From: Felis catus
Taxonomy: Eukaryota
Direction of reading: 5' to 3'
Assembly (NCBI RefSeq): GCF_018350175.1
Contig: NC_058368.1
Span: 163,868,001 to 163,932,000 of the forward strand
Length of the DNA stretch: 64,000 nt
Under the pieces are notes generated by a model. The model worked only from the letters and a program-made list of their open reading frames with translations, searched no databases and was not told where the DNA came from. Of this stretch, positions 1-13,999 are shown one piece after another. The translations under genes and the position numbers were made by a program. Each line of letters opens with the position of its first letter. Position 1 is the first letter of the stretch.

Positions 1-2257
1 CAAGTCTTAGTCACAATAAGAAGGAACAATTGCCACATTCGTGAACTGAGGTTCAGTCCAACTAATGGTACCATGAAACTCACAACATTTAAACATTTTG
101 TTTTCCTTATGTGATATGTATATATTATATAGGCATACACATAAATGCACATGCACACATATATACAAAGTTTTTGACAAAATTGAACAAATATGTATGT
201 GCATATAGATATGCACATATATATAAGCCTACGTATGCACATGTGTCTGTGAACTTTGTTGGCAAAACTGAACAAATTTTTTTAACCAAAGCAAATAATA
301 GTGAATCAAATGCTTGTTGTTTGATGACCATAAGCATTTTGTAGAAATGGTGATAATTGTACTTTTTTACAGATACCATATATCAGGTGTTAGCCAAGAT
401 ATTGTGAGGGAGTAGTTGTATTTTATTCACTGTAAGTTTTCATACCTGCCTGCCATAAATAAATAGACAATAAATATTTGTAATTTTAATAAGTATCTTA
501 ATAGTATTTGTTTATAATTTATATAAAATATATATATATATATACTTATATGTGAATATGTAATATTCATCCAAAATTCTCACAAAAATTAAGAAAAACA
601 AGGGTGAGAGATAGAAATAGTCAAGATGTATAGAAATAGCCAATTATAATTTCTGCATATATAACTTCATTTCATTTTTTATAACACTGTAAGATAGGCA
701 GAGAGATACTAACAATAAATAAGTAACTATTCTAAGGACACATAGCTGGTAAATTTCTGAATAGTACTGAAATCCAGGACTTTTTATTCATTCATTCAAC
801 AAATACATATTGGCTTCCTATGATGAGGCACACGCTGTCCTAAGTTCTTAGACTACATCGATGGACAAAGAGACAGAAATCTTAACCTCCCAAATTTTAC
901 TTTCAGCCTCGTGTCCTTTCTTTATACTATTCTATTACTCAAAAGTTAAATACAGAAATTTTTTAAAAAGTTTATTCCTAGATCTTCATCATCTACTTTT
1001 ATTTTCAAAGATTCCATCCTGAATTCTTTCAATTTGGGGATTTAGATTCTCAAACTTCGTTTCCAATGAATGGCTAAGCTTATTACTGTCTGAGTATAAA
1101 TAAATATTCTAAATGCACAGAATATAAAACTTGTGTTATTTTATGCATGTACATAGGAACTCATTTAGATTTACAACTTATCCTCATTAATAGCATCCAA
1201 TGTTGAATTTCATGCTTATGAGAAAAAATTAAGAAAGTCTCTATTTCTCTCCACAGATAAAATAAATGACGATCTTACATATAACAATCTTGTCTGTATA
1301 AATGGGATTCAGATAAAAATAAGCACATTTTGATGCTTGTACTGAAAATGAGTACATCTTTGTAAGATCTGTCACTTCTCTGTATCTTTAGAAACTTCCA
1401 CCAGTGCCTAGACCATAGTGGGCACAATATTTGTTAAATGCGTGATTGCATAATTAATTTAAAACATTATTTTCAACTTGAACCTTTGCTTGCTTGAGTT
1501 GTTGACTATTCATCAAGGTCATTTATTTATACCAATAAAACACAAGTTTACAAAAGCTCTACACCTTAAATTTTACAGCAAAGACTGGGCAAAATAGTAA
1601 TATCACGTGCTCAAACTTGTAATTCAGGTATAGGGGTTTTTTAAATTATTAAGCTATTATTGCATTAGGGAAATATGCATAGTTTCAGTTAACTAAAAAT
1701 AATCCCATAAAAATAATTAAATTATTAGAATATTAGTAAAATCCACAAAAACACATTTATATTATTAAAGGAAGATAGAATTACTAAATAACTGCAGTAA
1801 ACATAAAAAGCAGGCTATAAGATCTTATGTATCACACTATATACATGCTAATATCAAATGTATATTTAATGTATGTTTAAAAACAAAACTAGACCTATGT
1901 ATAACAAATAAGTAAGAATTTAAAAATGCAGAATCAATAAAATGCTTATATTTTGGTGTGGAAAAATAGATGTTACTTGTTCATACTCTAGAATACATTT
2001 TTTTAAATAGTATTTTTACCCCTAGGACGGAAAATACTCAACTCTTCTACATTCATCTTTACGCCAAGTTTGGAATTACAACTCTTAGTTTGAATGAGCT
2101 CTTAAGACAGTTTTTATTTTAACAACTTCAGATTTTTTCACGATATTAAGAGATAGAGTGTGCTTCCCTCCATTTTGCTGACTTCGGAGGCTTGCCTGGA
2201 ACTTGATGACATGTTCTCTAAGGTGTTTATTTTATACCATAACTGTAGAGTCCTTAC

Positions 2258-2425
2258 CAGCTACTGGTCGGGGTTTTTTACTAAGACATCTGGGACTGTC
2301 CTCAGGATTCCCATCATCCCCTCGGAAAACCCATGCTGCTGAATGGAAATTCTCTGTGTAGAATCCTTTCTCTTCGAGGTCAACTCGAAAGCCAAGATCC
2401 ACAGAACAGCCATCTTCTGAGGTGA
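2258..2425 (-). CDS. PDZPH1: PDZPH1-like gene, internal coding exon (168 nt, phase 1-1): (I)TSEDGCSVDLGFRVDLEEKGFYTENFHSAAWVFRGDDGNPEDSPRCLSKKPRPVA; gene continues left of the window
   Basis: Acceptor ccctttctgctcctcAG| (AG at 2427-2426) and donor GCTG|gtaagg (GT at 2257-2256). The frame is open and joins the 12621 exon as ...GS-I-TSEDG. A second in-frame acceptor exists at 2461. Gene name inferred from NUDT12 adjacency and recalled similarity of the GFYxExFHSAxWxFRGDD...PRPV motif that precedes a PDZ domain. Confidence 0.8.
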
Positions 2426-5299
2426 CTGAGGAGCAGAAAGGGCGATAACGTGAATTACCCTCTGGCAGGAAAGGAGATGTGCACACGTTGATGGCCAAGG
2501 TGGGAAAGCAGTCGAACACATGTAGGGGCAGAGTCTTTATTAAAGGCAGAGTATCATCCTTGAAAGCGAGGAGCTAACTTCATTAGACTATTCGCTTAGG
2601 AGGAACTTAGATCGACTTAAAACATCCCAGATAAAATAGACATTGCTCGAGGGCCTATACCATGGAGGTCAGCACACCAGAGATAGCACTGTGAATCTTT
2701 TTGTTGAGGAAAAATGTAGAGAATATAACTGGTTTTGAGACTTACATATTAATATTTGGGGGTCAAGAGGAAGCTACATAAGACTGAGAATGAGAATCGG
2801 TTTCAAAATTCCAAGCACAAGGGGGAAAAATTGCTATTGTCTTTCTGTACTTCAAAGAAGACACTGCAAAAACATTCCTAAAAAAACTCACTATGGTCTT
2901 AAGTGTATAATAAAGCATATGGGGAGGCAGGTAAAGTTTCATTTGACAGTTTCATTCATAGCAATTTAGGGTTTCTATGTATTTGGAAGTCCTTGGCTAG
3001 TGTAGAATGCTGTGCTAATTAAGACAATAACATTGATTTTTTTTTTTTTTTTTTGTATTAGCTTCCAAGTGTTTCTTTGTGGCCTCATTTAGATAGTCCA
3101 GACCCGAATTCAGTCATGCCCCAAGTCTTTCAGTCTTTCAAGTGTGCAGAAATAAGTACCATTTCAGAACCGAAATATAATTTCAAGAACAGCCTAAATC
3201 CATTACTTGCATTTCTCAACTGTCATGAAGATGGGGGATTTAAAGATCACAGCATGCTTCTTAAATTGCAACAGAACACCTCTCTTCCAATTTCTTCTCA
3301 TATACCCCACACAGCTGTTCCTATTTTTTTCTCTCAAAAATTAGAGGTAAAACCACTTCCTTCCTCTCCTCACCCTGTCTAGCGGTGACCAGCTGGATTT
3401 CTGCTGAAGGTCAGTTATATAAAGTTCCCAAGAAGAAGGGCTCTTCTGCTCTCACTGACTTACTCTGAACAATCATTCCTAATAGTTCTTGTCCTTGGCC
3501 CTACATTTTCCATCTGCTCTCCCAGTACCGAAGACTGTAAACGTTAGTTATTGTCCTGGTACACAGACCAAGTCACCGATAGCTCCTACATTTGTTTAAA
3601 TTGTGTAGAAATGGTCACAGGTGGTATGTTGACAAAGCATGCAACAGCATGGTCTCTGGCAGACAGTCAAGAACAAACTCCAATATCTTAAAAAATTTTT
3701 ATTATTTAAGTATAGTTGATGTACAATGTCACATAAGTTGAACCCCAATATCTTTAATGCTTATTCTTGTAGTTTTTATTTTGTACAGCAAATGAGATAT
3801 CATTAGACACTTATCCGCAGTTTAAATGTCTTCCCGTAGATTTGTTTTTTATTCATTTATTAAGTTGAATTAAATGTTCTGTCACGAGCAAGGAGCAGTT
3901 TTAGGCACACTGGGGATAGAAAGATAAGAGATGGAACTCATGATGAAGTAAGAGAGTTCAGAGGAAGGAGAGAGCAATTTTGGATGCAGAGAAGGGTAGG
4001 ATTGAAGAAGATTTCAAGGACTGGGCAAAATTTCTCTAAGAAGATGGGATTGTGGATTGGTAAATAAAGATGATAAGAACAAGTGGAGTGCAGTGAGGAA
4101 GTAGGGACTGAAAAGAGACCACATTGATTGAATAAATACAGTTTTAGTGTGTAATAATAAAGGGGATGATAGAGTACTGTAAAATGATAAAGTAGGAAAG
4201 TAAATTTTATGAGAATGTTATCAGACTTCTTGTTTATTGAAATAAAAATGATGAAAACTTTAGAATACTTTTACTCTGTATATGGGATGCCTTCTTTCAT
4301 GCATCATATTTCAAAATTATGTTTTTTTGCCTTCATTTTTTAAAATAAGTCTGAGTATGACATTTGACTTAAAAGGGTAGGAAAAGTAAACCAAAGAAAT
4401 TATAACAATTTATCTTTCCAAACTTCAAGCCTAATTCAAGGCTGCTTCCTACATAGTACTTGATAAAGTTATAGGAGCCCTAACGGGTTTTAAAGTATTA
4501 AAGCATCTTTCCTTATTCGATTTGTATCTTATATCCTTGGCCTTAAATATTCAGTTATATTTTAATAGTTATGAGTATAATATACACAGATTCCTGGGAC
4601 CATGGGTTCCTCTTTATCATTATTATCATTACCCAAAGGGTAGGTAGGTCTTTTTTTTCTTTTTTGGTAGGTCTTTAAATTATAGTGACTTTTGTTTTTA
4701 TCAGCATGCAAGAGACTGTTAAAACAGCTCATTTATTTACAAATAGACTGGATTATGTGAATGAGCAGTTTTCTATTCATTCAACTATGAAGACAGAGCT
4801 AATCAACATACACTTACATAACTGAGACCTAAAATTCATGATAAAATCCAATGAAGCAGCAGGCCACACCTGCGGCAGCTTCGAGCTTCTAGATTTCTCA
4901 ACAATTGCCCCTGTGGAACTTTGAGCCAAGGAGAAAAAAAATCCAAATGTACCTTTGTCACTAAAACTTTATCTCCAAAATTTGGCTTGTGGAGATGAGC
5001 CTTTTAATAAAAGAAACTTTAAAAGAGAATGAGCTCTTAAATATGCTTCATAGTACTGAAATGGGATTTGTACTCCTTTGCTCCTGAAAAACTAAAACAC
5101 TTCTTTTTTCACTTGAGAAGCAAAGAGATAAAATACTCGACTCAGTTCCAGATGTCTTTAGACATTCTCATATCTCTTTCATTCCACTGTTTTATTTGAG
5201 GATAATAGAAAAGCTGTATCACAAGAATGAAACCCTGTTTGGACTTTCCCAGAGATGAACCCGGATCAGATCTGCATGGTCCAACTAGAGGTAGTGGGC

Positions 5300-5500
5300 T
5301 GTGTTTAAGGCATTAGTCCCACTGATCATTGTAGCTGAGTGACACTGCACAAGTCACTTATCCTCTGCATGACTCAGATTGCTCATTTGGTAAAGTGAAG
5401 ATGAAAATACAGTTCTTACAGTGTTGTTGGAATAATTAATAGATGAATATTTTGTACAGGCTGACATAGAAAGCACAATGTAATTGTTAGCTCTTATTAC
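5300..5500 (+). mobile_element. MIR remnant
   Basis: MIR core-like text (gtgacactgcacaagtcacttatcctctgcatgactcagattgctcatttggtaaagtg...). Confidence 0.6.
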
Positions 5501-6279
5501 CAGAAATCAGAGGTCTCTTTCTCTCTTACTGTTCATCCCCTCCTTCCTTTCTTATTTCCATGGAAACTAATGTTTGGAAAATACATTTTCATAATAATTT
5601 TTGTAGCTGGATGAAATAAGGGAAATGCTATCAAGTATCCTCACACGGACCCAAATACTTGCCACATCTGTTTGTCATACAGGAGCCATTTGAGATTATA
5701 AAAATCAGAGCTCCATTTTGCAGGCCCTTCTGACTTTAGTTTACAGCCTTCAAGTTATTTACCTGGTGTGCCTTAGTCAGCATTCCCCACAGCCTAGATG
5801 CATTGATCAACTGTGTCCACATACATAAATATGTCATTCCTAATGTCTTTTCCAGTTATTATGTAGGAAGTCAGAGATGAGTGAGATTAACAGACTGAGA
5901 AACACTAGCTGTAATGATGCTCGATAAAGCTGTCAGTTTTTAAGTCATGGATTAGTAGCATATCCTGACTCTATAAATGAGATAGAATTTAAACCACACA
6001 TTAAACAATGTTAGCTCCAGCAACTCTGAGTGAATTGCAGTCTCTTTTGAAAAGTTTCTGAAGAAATACAACATGAGTGGGTATGGCTTGGATGAACTGA
6101 GAAATAAAATGGCAGACACTTCCATTCCCTCATGTCTAATGTGAAACAAATTGTTAGTGTACGTTTTCATTCAAAACAATTCACCTCAAAGAAAACGTAA
6201 TCATTGTTTTAATTTAAACGATTGTGCTACTTTGGCCTGCATTTGAATGTGTATAAAGGATACGGCTGATTCCTGTGTT

Positions 6280-6490
6280 GTGTCATGTGGGTACTGGTAA
6301 ATGTTTAACAAGCAGCTCTCCAAAAGAAAAAATGTCCTGATTTGTACTGTTTGTCAGTTTCCATTGCATAAATACTCACTCTGACCAATTTCAAGTTACT
6401 AGCCTGACGTTACTGAATTGCAATGTTAGGAAAAAATGTGCACGGTTGGCTATCATGAACCACTGTGAGCTGATTCCAGCACACCTATGG
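6280..6490 (-). mobile_element. hAT MITE, MER63A-like
   Basis: Resembles the reverse complement of recalled MER63A (tactggtaaatgtttaacaagcagctctcc ... ccagcacacc). Confidence 0.6.
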
Positions 6491-6773
6491 TGGTTTCTTT
6501 TTCCCAAGAAATGCAGAGCAGATATGAATGTCTAATAGCACGAGTCCACTAGTAGTGGACAATTTGTCCGTAAAACAAAGCATGAAACAGACTTGGACTG
6601 AAAGGGTCCAGGGAGCTGAAGGACACAGGAAACAGGAAGGAACTGGTCTTTCTATATGAAAAGGAACTGAAACTAGAGAAAATGGTCCCTTTCTCTATAG
6701 CACATAAAGATCATCTGTGATTAATCAAACAGAGTTTCCATTCAGTCTAATTTTTTTAGTTGAGATCAATCTA

Positions 6774-6998
6774 TTTTTTTTTAAATTTTTTTTTCAACGT
6801 TTATTTATTTTTTGGGACAGAGAGAGACAGAGCATGAACGGGGGAGGGGTAGAGAGAGAGGGAGACACAGAATCGGAAGCAGGCTCCAGGCTCCGAGCCA
6901 TCAGCCCAGAGCCTGACGCGGGGCTCGAACTCAGGGACTGTGAGATCGTGACCTGGCTGAAGTCGGACGCTTAACCGACTGCGCCACCCAGGCGCCCC
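6774..6998 (-). mobile_element. Young felid SINE (SINEC_Fc type)
   Basis: Head ggggcgcctgggtggcgcagtcggttaagcg on the minus strand, (CT)n, A-tail and intact CpGs. Perfect 17-bp TSD tagttgagatcaatcta at 6757-6773 and 6999-7015. Confidence 0.97.
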
Positions 6999-7589
6999 TA
7001 GTTGAGATCAATCTAGATCGTTCTAGGTAATGGTAGAAGCTACTGTGATAAGTAATAAATTTTTATTACTACATGTAACATTTTATTGTTTTCCTCATTT
7101 ATAACTAAACTGTTCTTCTCTCAGGTTCTTCTTTCTTAGCTTTTAGGATGGATAGATTCAGATTATCATAGTGTTAGTGGATTGCTGAATATCTTGATAA
7201 TTTTGGTTGCATGGGTATAGAGGTAAAAGCTGCAGTTGAATTTTCTGCAGTATAAAATAGAGGAGTTCCCAAGGTCCAAGGGAAAATCCAGAATGATGGA
7301 AACAGAACACAGTCACTACGGGTATTCTATGAGGGAAGCTGTGCTATAAAAGGGGCTCCGTGGATGACTATGAGGCAGCACAGGGGTCTTCGAAGTAGAA
7401 TGGTATCCAGAGGAGATTTCAAGTGTTTTCTAGGGAGTATGTAATATGAGACCTCCCCTCTGTGTCCCCTTTGATGTCTTCAGAAGGTTCTCTTCCTCGT
7501 TTTCGCTTAATGTGAATATATTCTTTGGGGTCACCTGGATGAGTGGAGCCAGGGGCAGTTGTATCTGCATAACCCAAGATTTTTATTCT

Positions 7590-8760
7590 TAGGTGAAAAG
7601 AAATAAAATTTTCAAAGACTGCAAATTTATCAAACAAGAGGCAAAGAAAAACAAGAATAACAGTCCAAGAATATTGCTATCTAGGAAATCCAGTAAAATT
7701 TTAGTGAAATTCCGGCTATTTATTCCTCTCAAGACTAGGGATGACTCTAGGACGTGGAGAACAAAACCTCTTTCCTCTTTGAGAGCTTGAACACTGAAGA
7801 CCAAAGCCACCGAATCCTGCACACCTAATTGTCTAAATTAACATGACCTTATTCCATAGTATTTAACAGTTTCTTTTCCCCTGAGACACTTGACCAGGCA
7901 GATACTTTCACTGTTCCTCATAGGAACTTCTCCACAAACCATCAACTCTTGAGTAGAAAGCACCAGCAGATAGTTTTCTTCCTCTCTCTCTTCAGAACTT
8001 TCAAAATCCTCAGATTGCCATTTCCTTAGGTTCTAACCTGTTAACTCATGACCCTGACCTTGTCCTAATCAAGCTCTTAAACTGAAAGACCTAATGTAAA
8101 CTAAATTTGTAATGGTCAGTAAAATCAGACTTTGTTCCCCCCCCCCTCTAAATTAGCACCAAAGCTCTTTCTAGGGGGGTGTCCTTCTTTATATCTATGA
8201 GCAATAAACAGTTATCAATATGTAGTGTTGGTGATATTTTATCATTGCTCTAATATGAGAAGAGAGCACTGGTGTGTCATAAGGTTATGGTATGAAAGAG
8301 ATTGTACACTCAAATGAGTAATTTGAGGAGAGTTTAACCCTATGCACAAACTGAACAGGACTGAAGGAAATTGGGGGTGATAGAGTGAGATTAAGACCAG
8401 TCCATCTCAGACTAAAATAAAAGAGGGAGGAAGCAGGGACCAGTTACCAAAACCTAGAGCCATAGAAGGCAGTGGAGAGAGGGCTACTTTATAGGGTTAC
8501 CACCTATGGCTTTAGGGAAACAACCAGTCCTTGGCATACCCCAGGGAGAAATCTGGGGCAATAATGGCAGGACCTCACTCTGCTCGTTCCCTTCAGGCTC
8601 CTGCTGGTCTTCCCAATTGGTCAAACCCCCAAAAAGCCAAAGGGCAAATTAGCCCTTTGATATAGTCCATATAGAGGTGAGACACCTACGGCAGAGTGTA
8701 AGGTGGAGAACAGTAGAAAAGGAAGCTAGAAGGGCAAATGGAAGCTATTTGTAGATGTGG
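7590..8760. mobile_element. Probable old LTR (ERV/MaLR) remnants, two adjacent pieces
   Basis: LTR-like composition, aataaa near 8203 and a MaLR/ERVL-like start near 8274. Family not resolved. Confidence 0.35.
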
Positions 8761-9134
8761 GCTCAAGATAGAGGAGCAAGAAAAAACACAGTCTCCCATT
8801 CTGAGAAGCATGCTAGAAAAAACATACATGGATAGGTCCTAATTCTTGCAGGCTATTTTATGAAAAGTGTGATAAATTCAATTATACATATGTAGAAGCA
8901 AGGTTTGCAACTGAATTTTTCTGCATAATAAAAGCATTTCTAAGTTCAGAGGAAAAACAGGAAGGAGATAGAGGGAAGGCGTGTGGGTGTATCACAGTAT
9001 GTGTTTTAAGACTTGTGGAAGTGTTTGAAAGAAGGAAGGGTATTAGTACACCAGTTGCTGGGAAATACCTGAAATCCAGGATCAACCTATAAGCCATGAA
9101 GTGAAATCATAGCAGGCAATATACTTAAGAAAAA

Positions 9135-9700
9135 ATTTTCCTATTGAAATATATCTGACATAGAATACTGTATAAATTTCAGGGGTATAAAGTGCTAACT
9201 TGATACATTTATACACTGTAATATGATTGCCATTGTAGCTATTGCTACATTATTTAGCTAATGCTAATTATTATTAGAACCTCTATCACATTACATAATT
9301 TTTTTAGTATATTGAATAATTAAGTTCTAGTCTTTAGCAAACTTCATTATAATACAATATTGTCTATATTCACTGTACTGTAATTACTTCTTGCAAGTTT
9401 GTACCTTTATTATTTTTTTTAATGCTTATTTATTTTTGAGAGAGGGAGGGAGGGTGGGAGAGAGAGACAGAGAGAGAGAGAGAGGCAGAAAGAGAGAGAA
9501 GGGGACAGAGGATCCAAAGCAGGCTCTGTGCTGACAGCAGAGAGACTGATACGGGGCTCAAACTCATGAAGCTTAAGATCATTGTCTGAGCCGAAGTTCA
9601 ATGCTTAACCGACTGATCCACCCAGGTGCCCCATGTTTGTACCTTTAAACAACATCTATTCTATTGCCCTATTCCCCAATTCTTGGTGACCACCATTTCT
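9135..9700 (-). mobile_element. L1 3'-end fragment interrupted by a SINE
   Basis: Antisense L1 3' UTR text (ttttcctattgaaatatatctgacatagaatactgtataaatttcaggggtata...ttcttggtgaccaccatt). Confidence 0.65.
9410..9632 (-). mobile_element. Carnivore SINE (SINEC)
   Basis: SINEC body and tail; TSD gtttgtaccttta at 9397-9409 and 9635-9647. Confidence 0.95.
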
Positions 9701-9999
9701 GTCAGAAAGTTTTGATGCAGAATGGTTGGAACACCACCAAGAGCGAAACCTAGAGAGGCCCCAGTTGCAAGCAACAGGGTAATCAATTGGACCACCATGG
9801 CAGAAACAGCAGGGAATCTGATGTCCACGCATTACTCACTCTGAATTCCACGTGGGGTCAAGTAGCGGCAGTGATTGCACCTGCCTCTAGCCATGAACAA
9901 TGACTGTATGAAAAAGTTGAGGACTGAGAGCAGAGGACACCCAGATGGGATATGGAATGTCCTGTGCAATAAGTCATTTATTGTAACCTGAAGCAGGAG

Positions 10000-10450
10000 A
10001 CTATGAGAGGAGGAAGGAAAATAGTATTTGAAGAAATTGTGTCTGAGAATTTATGAGAGTTGAAGAAAGTTAAGAGTCATAAGCATGCCAAACATTAAAA
10101 TATATTTAAAACACACACACTGAAATACACACTAGAAAAATTTTAGAATACCAAGGATAAAAAGAAAACCCTAAGAACTAATAGAGATGAAATTTCGATT
10201 AATGACAAAAGTTTTGAGAATGAGATTGGAGTTAGACTTTTCATCAGTACCACTGGCTACAGGAAGACAATGAACCAGCTTCTTCAGTAGTTTGAACCTA
10301 GAATTCTGTACCAAACTATGGCAAACTGTCATTCAGAATTAAAAGGCAAGTAAATACATTTTCAGATATGTCAGGACTCAGTTTATGTCCCCAAAATCTC
10401 TCTTAAGTTATTAGAGGATTATAGTAAGAAGAAAAAGAAAACAAACTCTG
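10000..10450 (+). mobile_element. Old L1 ORF1 fragment
   Basis: Resembles degenerate L1 ORF1 (atatttgaagaaattgtgtctgagaattt...gacttttcatcag...aacctagaattctgtacca). Confidence 0.55.
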
Positions 10451-11582
10451 TTGGAAGTAATTGGTACATAAGGCAATGATGAGGAAAACTAATGAAATAT
10501 TAAGTATTGATCATTAAAATATTTTTAAAAATTTTTGAACCAAATTCAACATATCAATATAGAAATTGATGAGGGGGAAGGGGACTAGAAGCGGAGGAAA
10601 GTAAACATTACAACAAAATGTGAAGCAGTGGGAATATTTTACTGGAAGTACAATAAAATATTCATATTAATATATTAATAGAATTAGAATTGATATATTA
10701 ATACTAATATAACATATTAATATAATTAATATTAATATATTATACTAATATAACAAAAGTATTCTCCAGGGAGGCATTTCAAGAGTCCATGCACAGAAAA
10801 GGAGGGATAATAAAACATCCCTATACAGTAGTATATGTGAGAATAAAAATTTAAGATTCCAGATCCTGAGTCCTTGCTGCCAAACAGGAAGATGCAACTG
10901 GAGGAAGTAGACATTGACCAAGGGACAAAAATGAAACACTCTCAGAACAAAATGGAACACTTAGATTATATTCACCGTTCACATGAATATAAGAACACTG
11001 TGGTGGGATAACACGGTACGGTGGTGTTTTATATAAATATTACCATGATTTTGCTCACATATTTATAGCTACTTTCAATTCCTAATCTGGGCCAGCTTCT
11101 AACTCACTCTGGATAAATTACACTGCTGCCTTCAGGAATTCTGCTTGTGTCATTCTGTCAGCTTATCTATAGGAATAGCCTCGAAAACTCACTACTGTCT
11201 CTATAATAAAGGCACCATTCTCTGCATCACAACTCTTTTGGGTTCCTGGACCCAATTGTAATGTGTGTGTGTGTTTGTGCACACACACGTCCCCACACCA
11301 ACAAGGAATTCCCTGGACACCTGGCTGAACATTCCAACACTCTAATCACTGCAGTTGCTTCCTCTGGTTGTCAGTCCCATCTAGGTTACCTAGGGCTTTC
11401 CAACAGTCACCTCATTAACATAACAAAAGACACTTTTTATTGCTCTCTTATAGGAAATCCTAAGGATTTTAGGAGCTGTGAGCCAGGAAATCCGTGTACC
11501 AAGACCAACTTTATATAAGGATGAACGTGAATGACCAAATACATATTTTTATATTTCTTATAAATTACAGTATTGCATCAAC

Positions 11583-11591
11583 TCTTTCTCC

Positions 11592-11676
<85 letters not shown>

Positions 11677-11853
11677 CCCCCACCCCTTCCTGTTCCTTCC
11701 TTCCTCCCTCTCTCTCTGCCCTCCCTCCCTCCCACACTTCCTTCATTCCTTCCTTTCTTCCTCCTGTCTTTCCTTCCGTCCCTCTCCCTTTCTTTCTGTG
11801 TCTCTTTCTCTTTCTTTTTTTTTTATATATTTTTTTTCAACTCTTTCTCTTTC
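11583..11853 (+). repeat. Compound polypyrimidine microsatellite (TTTC)n(TC)n(TCCC/TTCC)n
   Basis: Seen directly; ~270 bp almost purely C/T. Confidence 0.95.
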
Positions 11854-12620
11854 TTAATGATGTTTGCTCAGGTTTTCCTATAAGTGTTTTTCATGAACAA
11901 TTGGTATGTTTTGTAAATAACCTTCAAATGACAAATGCCTATTACTTACATAACTATCTTCTAACAGCTAGCTGCTAGAATTTTAAAGCCAGATTAGGGG
12001 TAGTATGTACTAAATGTACTAATGCTTCCCTCTATTTTCCTTAACTCATATTTTCCCTTCAGTTGTATAACCTCATTGATGACCTACCTTCCATTCTCAG
12101 TTACCATTGATTGTGAGACTGGTGTATAATGCTGATTTAATAACACTCTTTAAATACCAAGAGAAACACCATCTCACTAAAATACATATCAATTTAAAGA
12201 CAATTCCTCATTTTATAAATGTTAAATCAAGAAGAAAACTGTTTCTTTTAATCAAATATACCACCCTTAGCTTTTTACATGATACATATTTTTGTAAGGC
12301 AACTCAAATTCTTTGAAGTAGGGGACAAAATTAATTCTGTAAAGAATCCTATAGTTAGTTATTTCAGTCTCTGAAGAGAAGAGTAGCCTTAGTAGGCAGT
12401 TGTGTGTGTTTTGGAGGAGATAAATTACCAAGTTGGTATTCTTTAGTGCATAATGAAGAGTTGATTTATTCTAAAAATATCTTTTACATAAAGGCATACA
12501 ATCACCACATTGCCATGTTCAAACAATAGGGTTTATATCCTGGTGATAAGAGGGAGGGGACTCTGGGCTTCACCTATTGCTTTGCTCTGGCTTTGGAAAA
12601 GAAGATGATTTTCTACTCAC

Positions 12621-12812
12621 TGGACCCTTCGGTGATGTTGCTGGTAAATGAACTTTCCCCTGCTGAGCTGCATCTTTTGCCATCTTTGAATTGCTGCCTC
12701 CTTCTGGCCCATTGGTCTATTGCTTCTTCTTGGGAACCATCACTGGCCCTTGTACCTCTTGGAGCCAATTCCTGGGATAACTTGCGGAGGCTATTTATTT
12801 CCAGATTCCAAT
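12621..12812 (-). CDS. PDZPH1: PDZPH1-like gene, internal coding exon (192 nt, phase 1-1): (D)WNLEINSLRKLSQELAPRGTRASDGSQEEAIDQWARRRQQFKDGKRCSSAGESSFTSNITEGS
   Basis: Acceptor tggtttaatttAG| (AG at 12814-12813) and consensus donor TCCA|gtgagt (GT at 12620-12619). In frame with both neighbouring exons. Confidence 0.82.
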
Positions 12813-13643
12813 CTAAATTAAACCACATGAAGTATGAAAGTGAGACAGTATTTCAAGACAGATTTTCAAATATCCCAGTCTGTGTAACAGAATCACTGTA
12901 GACTAGAACTAGAATAACTCATTTAACTCTTTCATGATTCACTTTTTAAACTTGTATTACTTAAAAACAAAACCAAAAAACCATACAGATTGAAGGCAGA
13001 GGATCACCATGCATTACCTCAGTTGGGTTCAATTCAATTGATAATCCTTGGGTACCAGCAATATTCCTGATATTATATTAGTTATTCTGGAAGAACAAAG
13101 TTCACATAAACTGATAATTATGCCCCCTGAACTCTCAAAAAGAAGACATTACCTGAATTAGTTAAATTACAAAATATGATAATAAGTCTACTATTGTACT
13201 CAAATCCTTTATGGTTTAACTTCTATTAATCACAAGAATGCAAATTTCATGATACTTTTCTTGCTGCATATGTTGGTTTAAAATAAGGAACAGGGGAAAA
13301 AATCAAAAATGAATGAGGCTTTGATCATTTTATATTTGAATGAATAACTTGAAATACTTTACATAATTCCAAACTGCTGCCTTCTGTCATCATAAGCTGT
13401 GTATTGATTAGAAGCAAGAAAATTACAAATCAATTAATTGCAGTAAAATCAGACTGTAAGTAAACAAGTAACAAAGTAAAATAAAATGAAACCAAAAATA
13501 GCAAAGCATATAATACGTACTAAGTAATTCCATAGGCTGGAATTGGTTAAGATTTTACTTATTTTTATTTTTTGATACTATGTGAAAGGCAAGCAACATC
13601 AATTTAAAAAGAGGCCAAATATCAACCTATATTTTTATTCTAT

Positions 13644-13860
13644 CCATTGTTTTTAAAAAAATATTTATTTTGAGACAGAGAGAGAGAGTGAGCACGAGTT
13701 GGAAGGGAAGCAGAGAGTAAAGGGGAGGGAGAATCCCAAGCAGACTCCACGATGTCAATGTAGAGCCCAACACAGGGCCCACTCTCATGAACTTTGAGAT
13801 GGTGACCTGAGCCAAAATCAAGAGTAGGAAGCTTAACTGGCTGAGTCACCCAGATGCCCC
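13644..13860 (-). mobile_element. Carnivore SINE
   Basis: SINEC body; TSD tatttttattctat at 13630-13643 and 13861-13874. Confidence 0.93.
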
Positions 13861-13999
13861 TATTTTTATTCTATTCTAAGGAGCAAATGAGTTTTAAAAT
13901 TCGGTCTTTGTAAATTAAAATATGATTTATCAGTATCAAAATTTGTACTTAGAACTATTTAATAAGTGGGATATATCCATGAATAAGTGATTTTCTTTT

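Noticed and set aside
7..379. Overlapping ORFs and an 11-bp-arm hairpin (196-219) in a TA/CA-rich stretch
   Set aside because: Alternating purine-pyrimidine low-complexity DNA produces both by chance; no splice-bounded exon or PDZ-like peptide.
11494..11883. 129-aa F/L/S-rich ORF and its overlapping partners
   Set aside because: Translation of the microsatellite.
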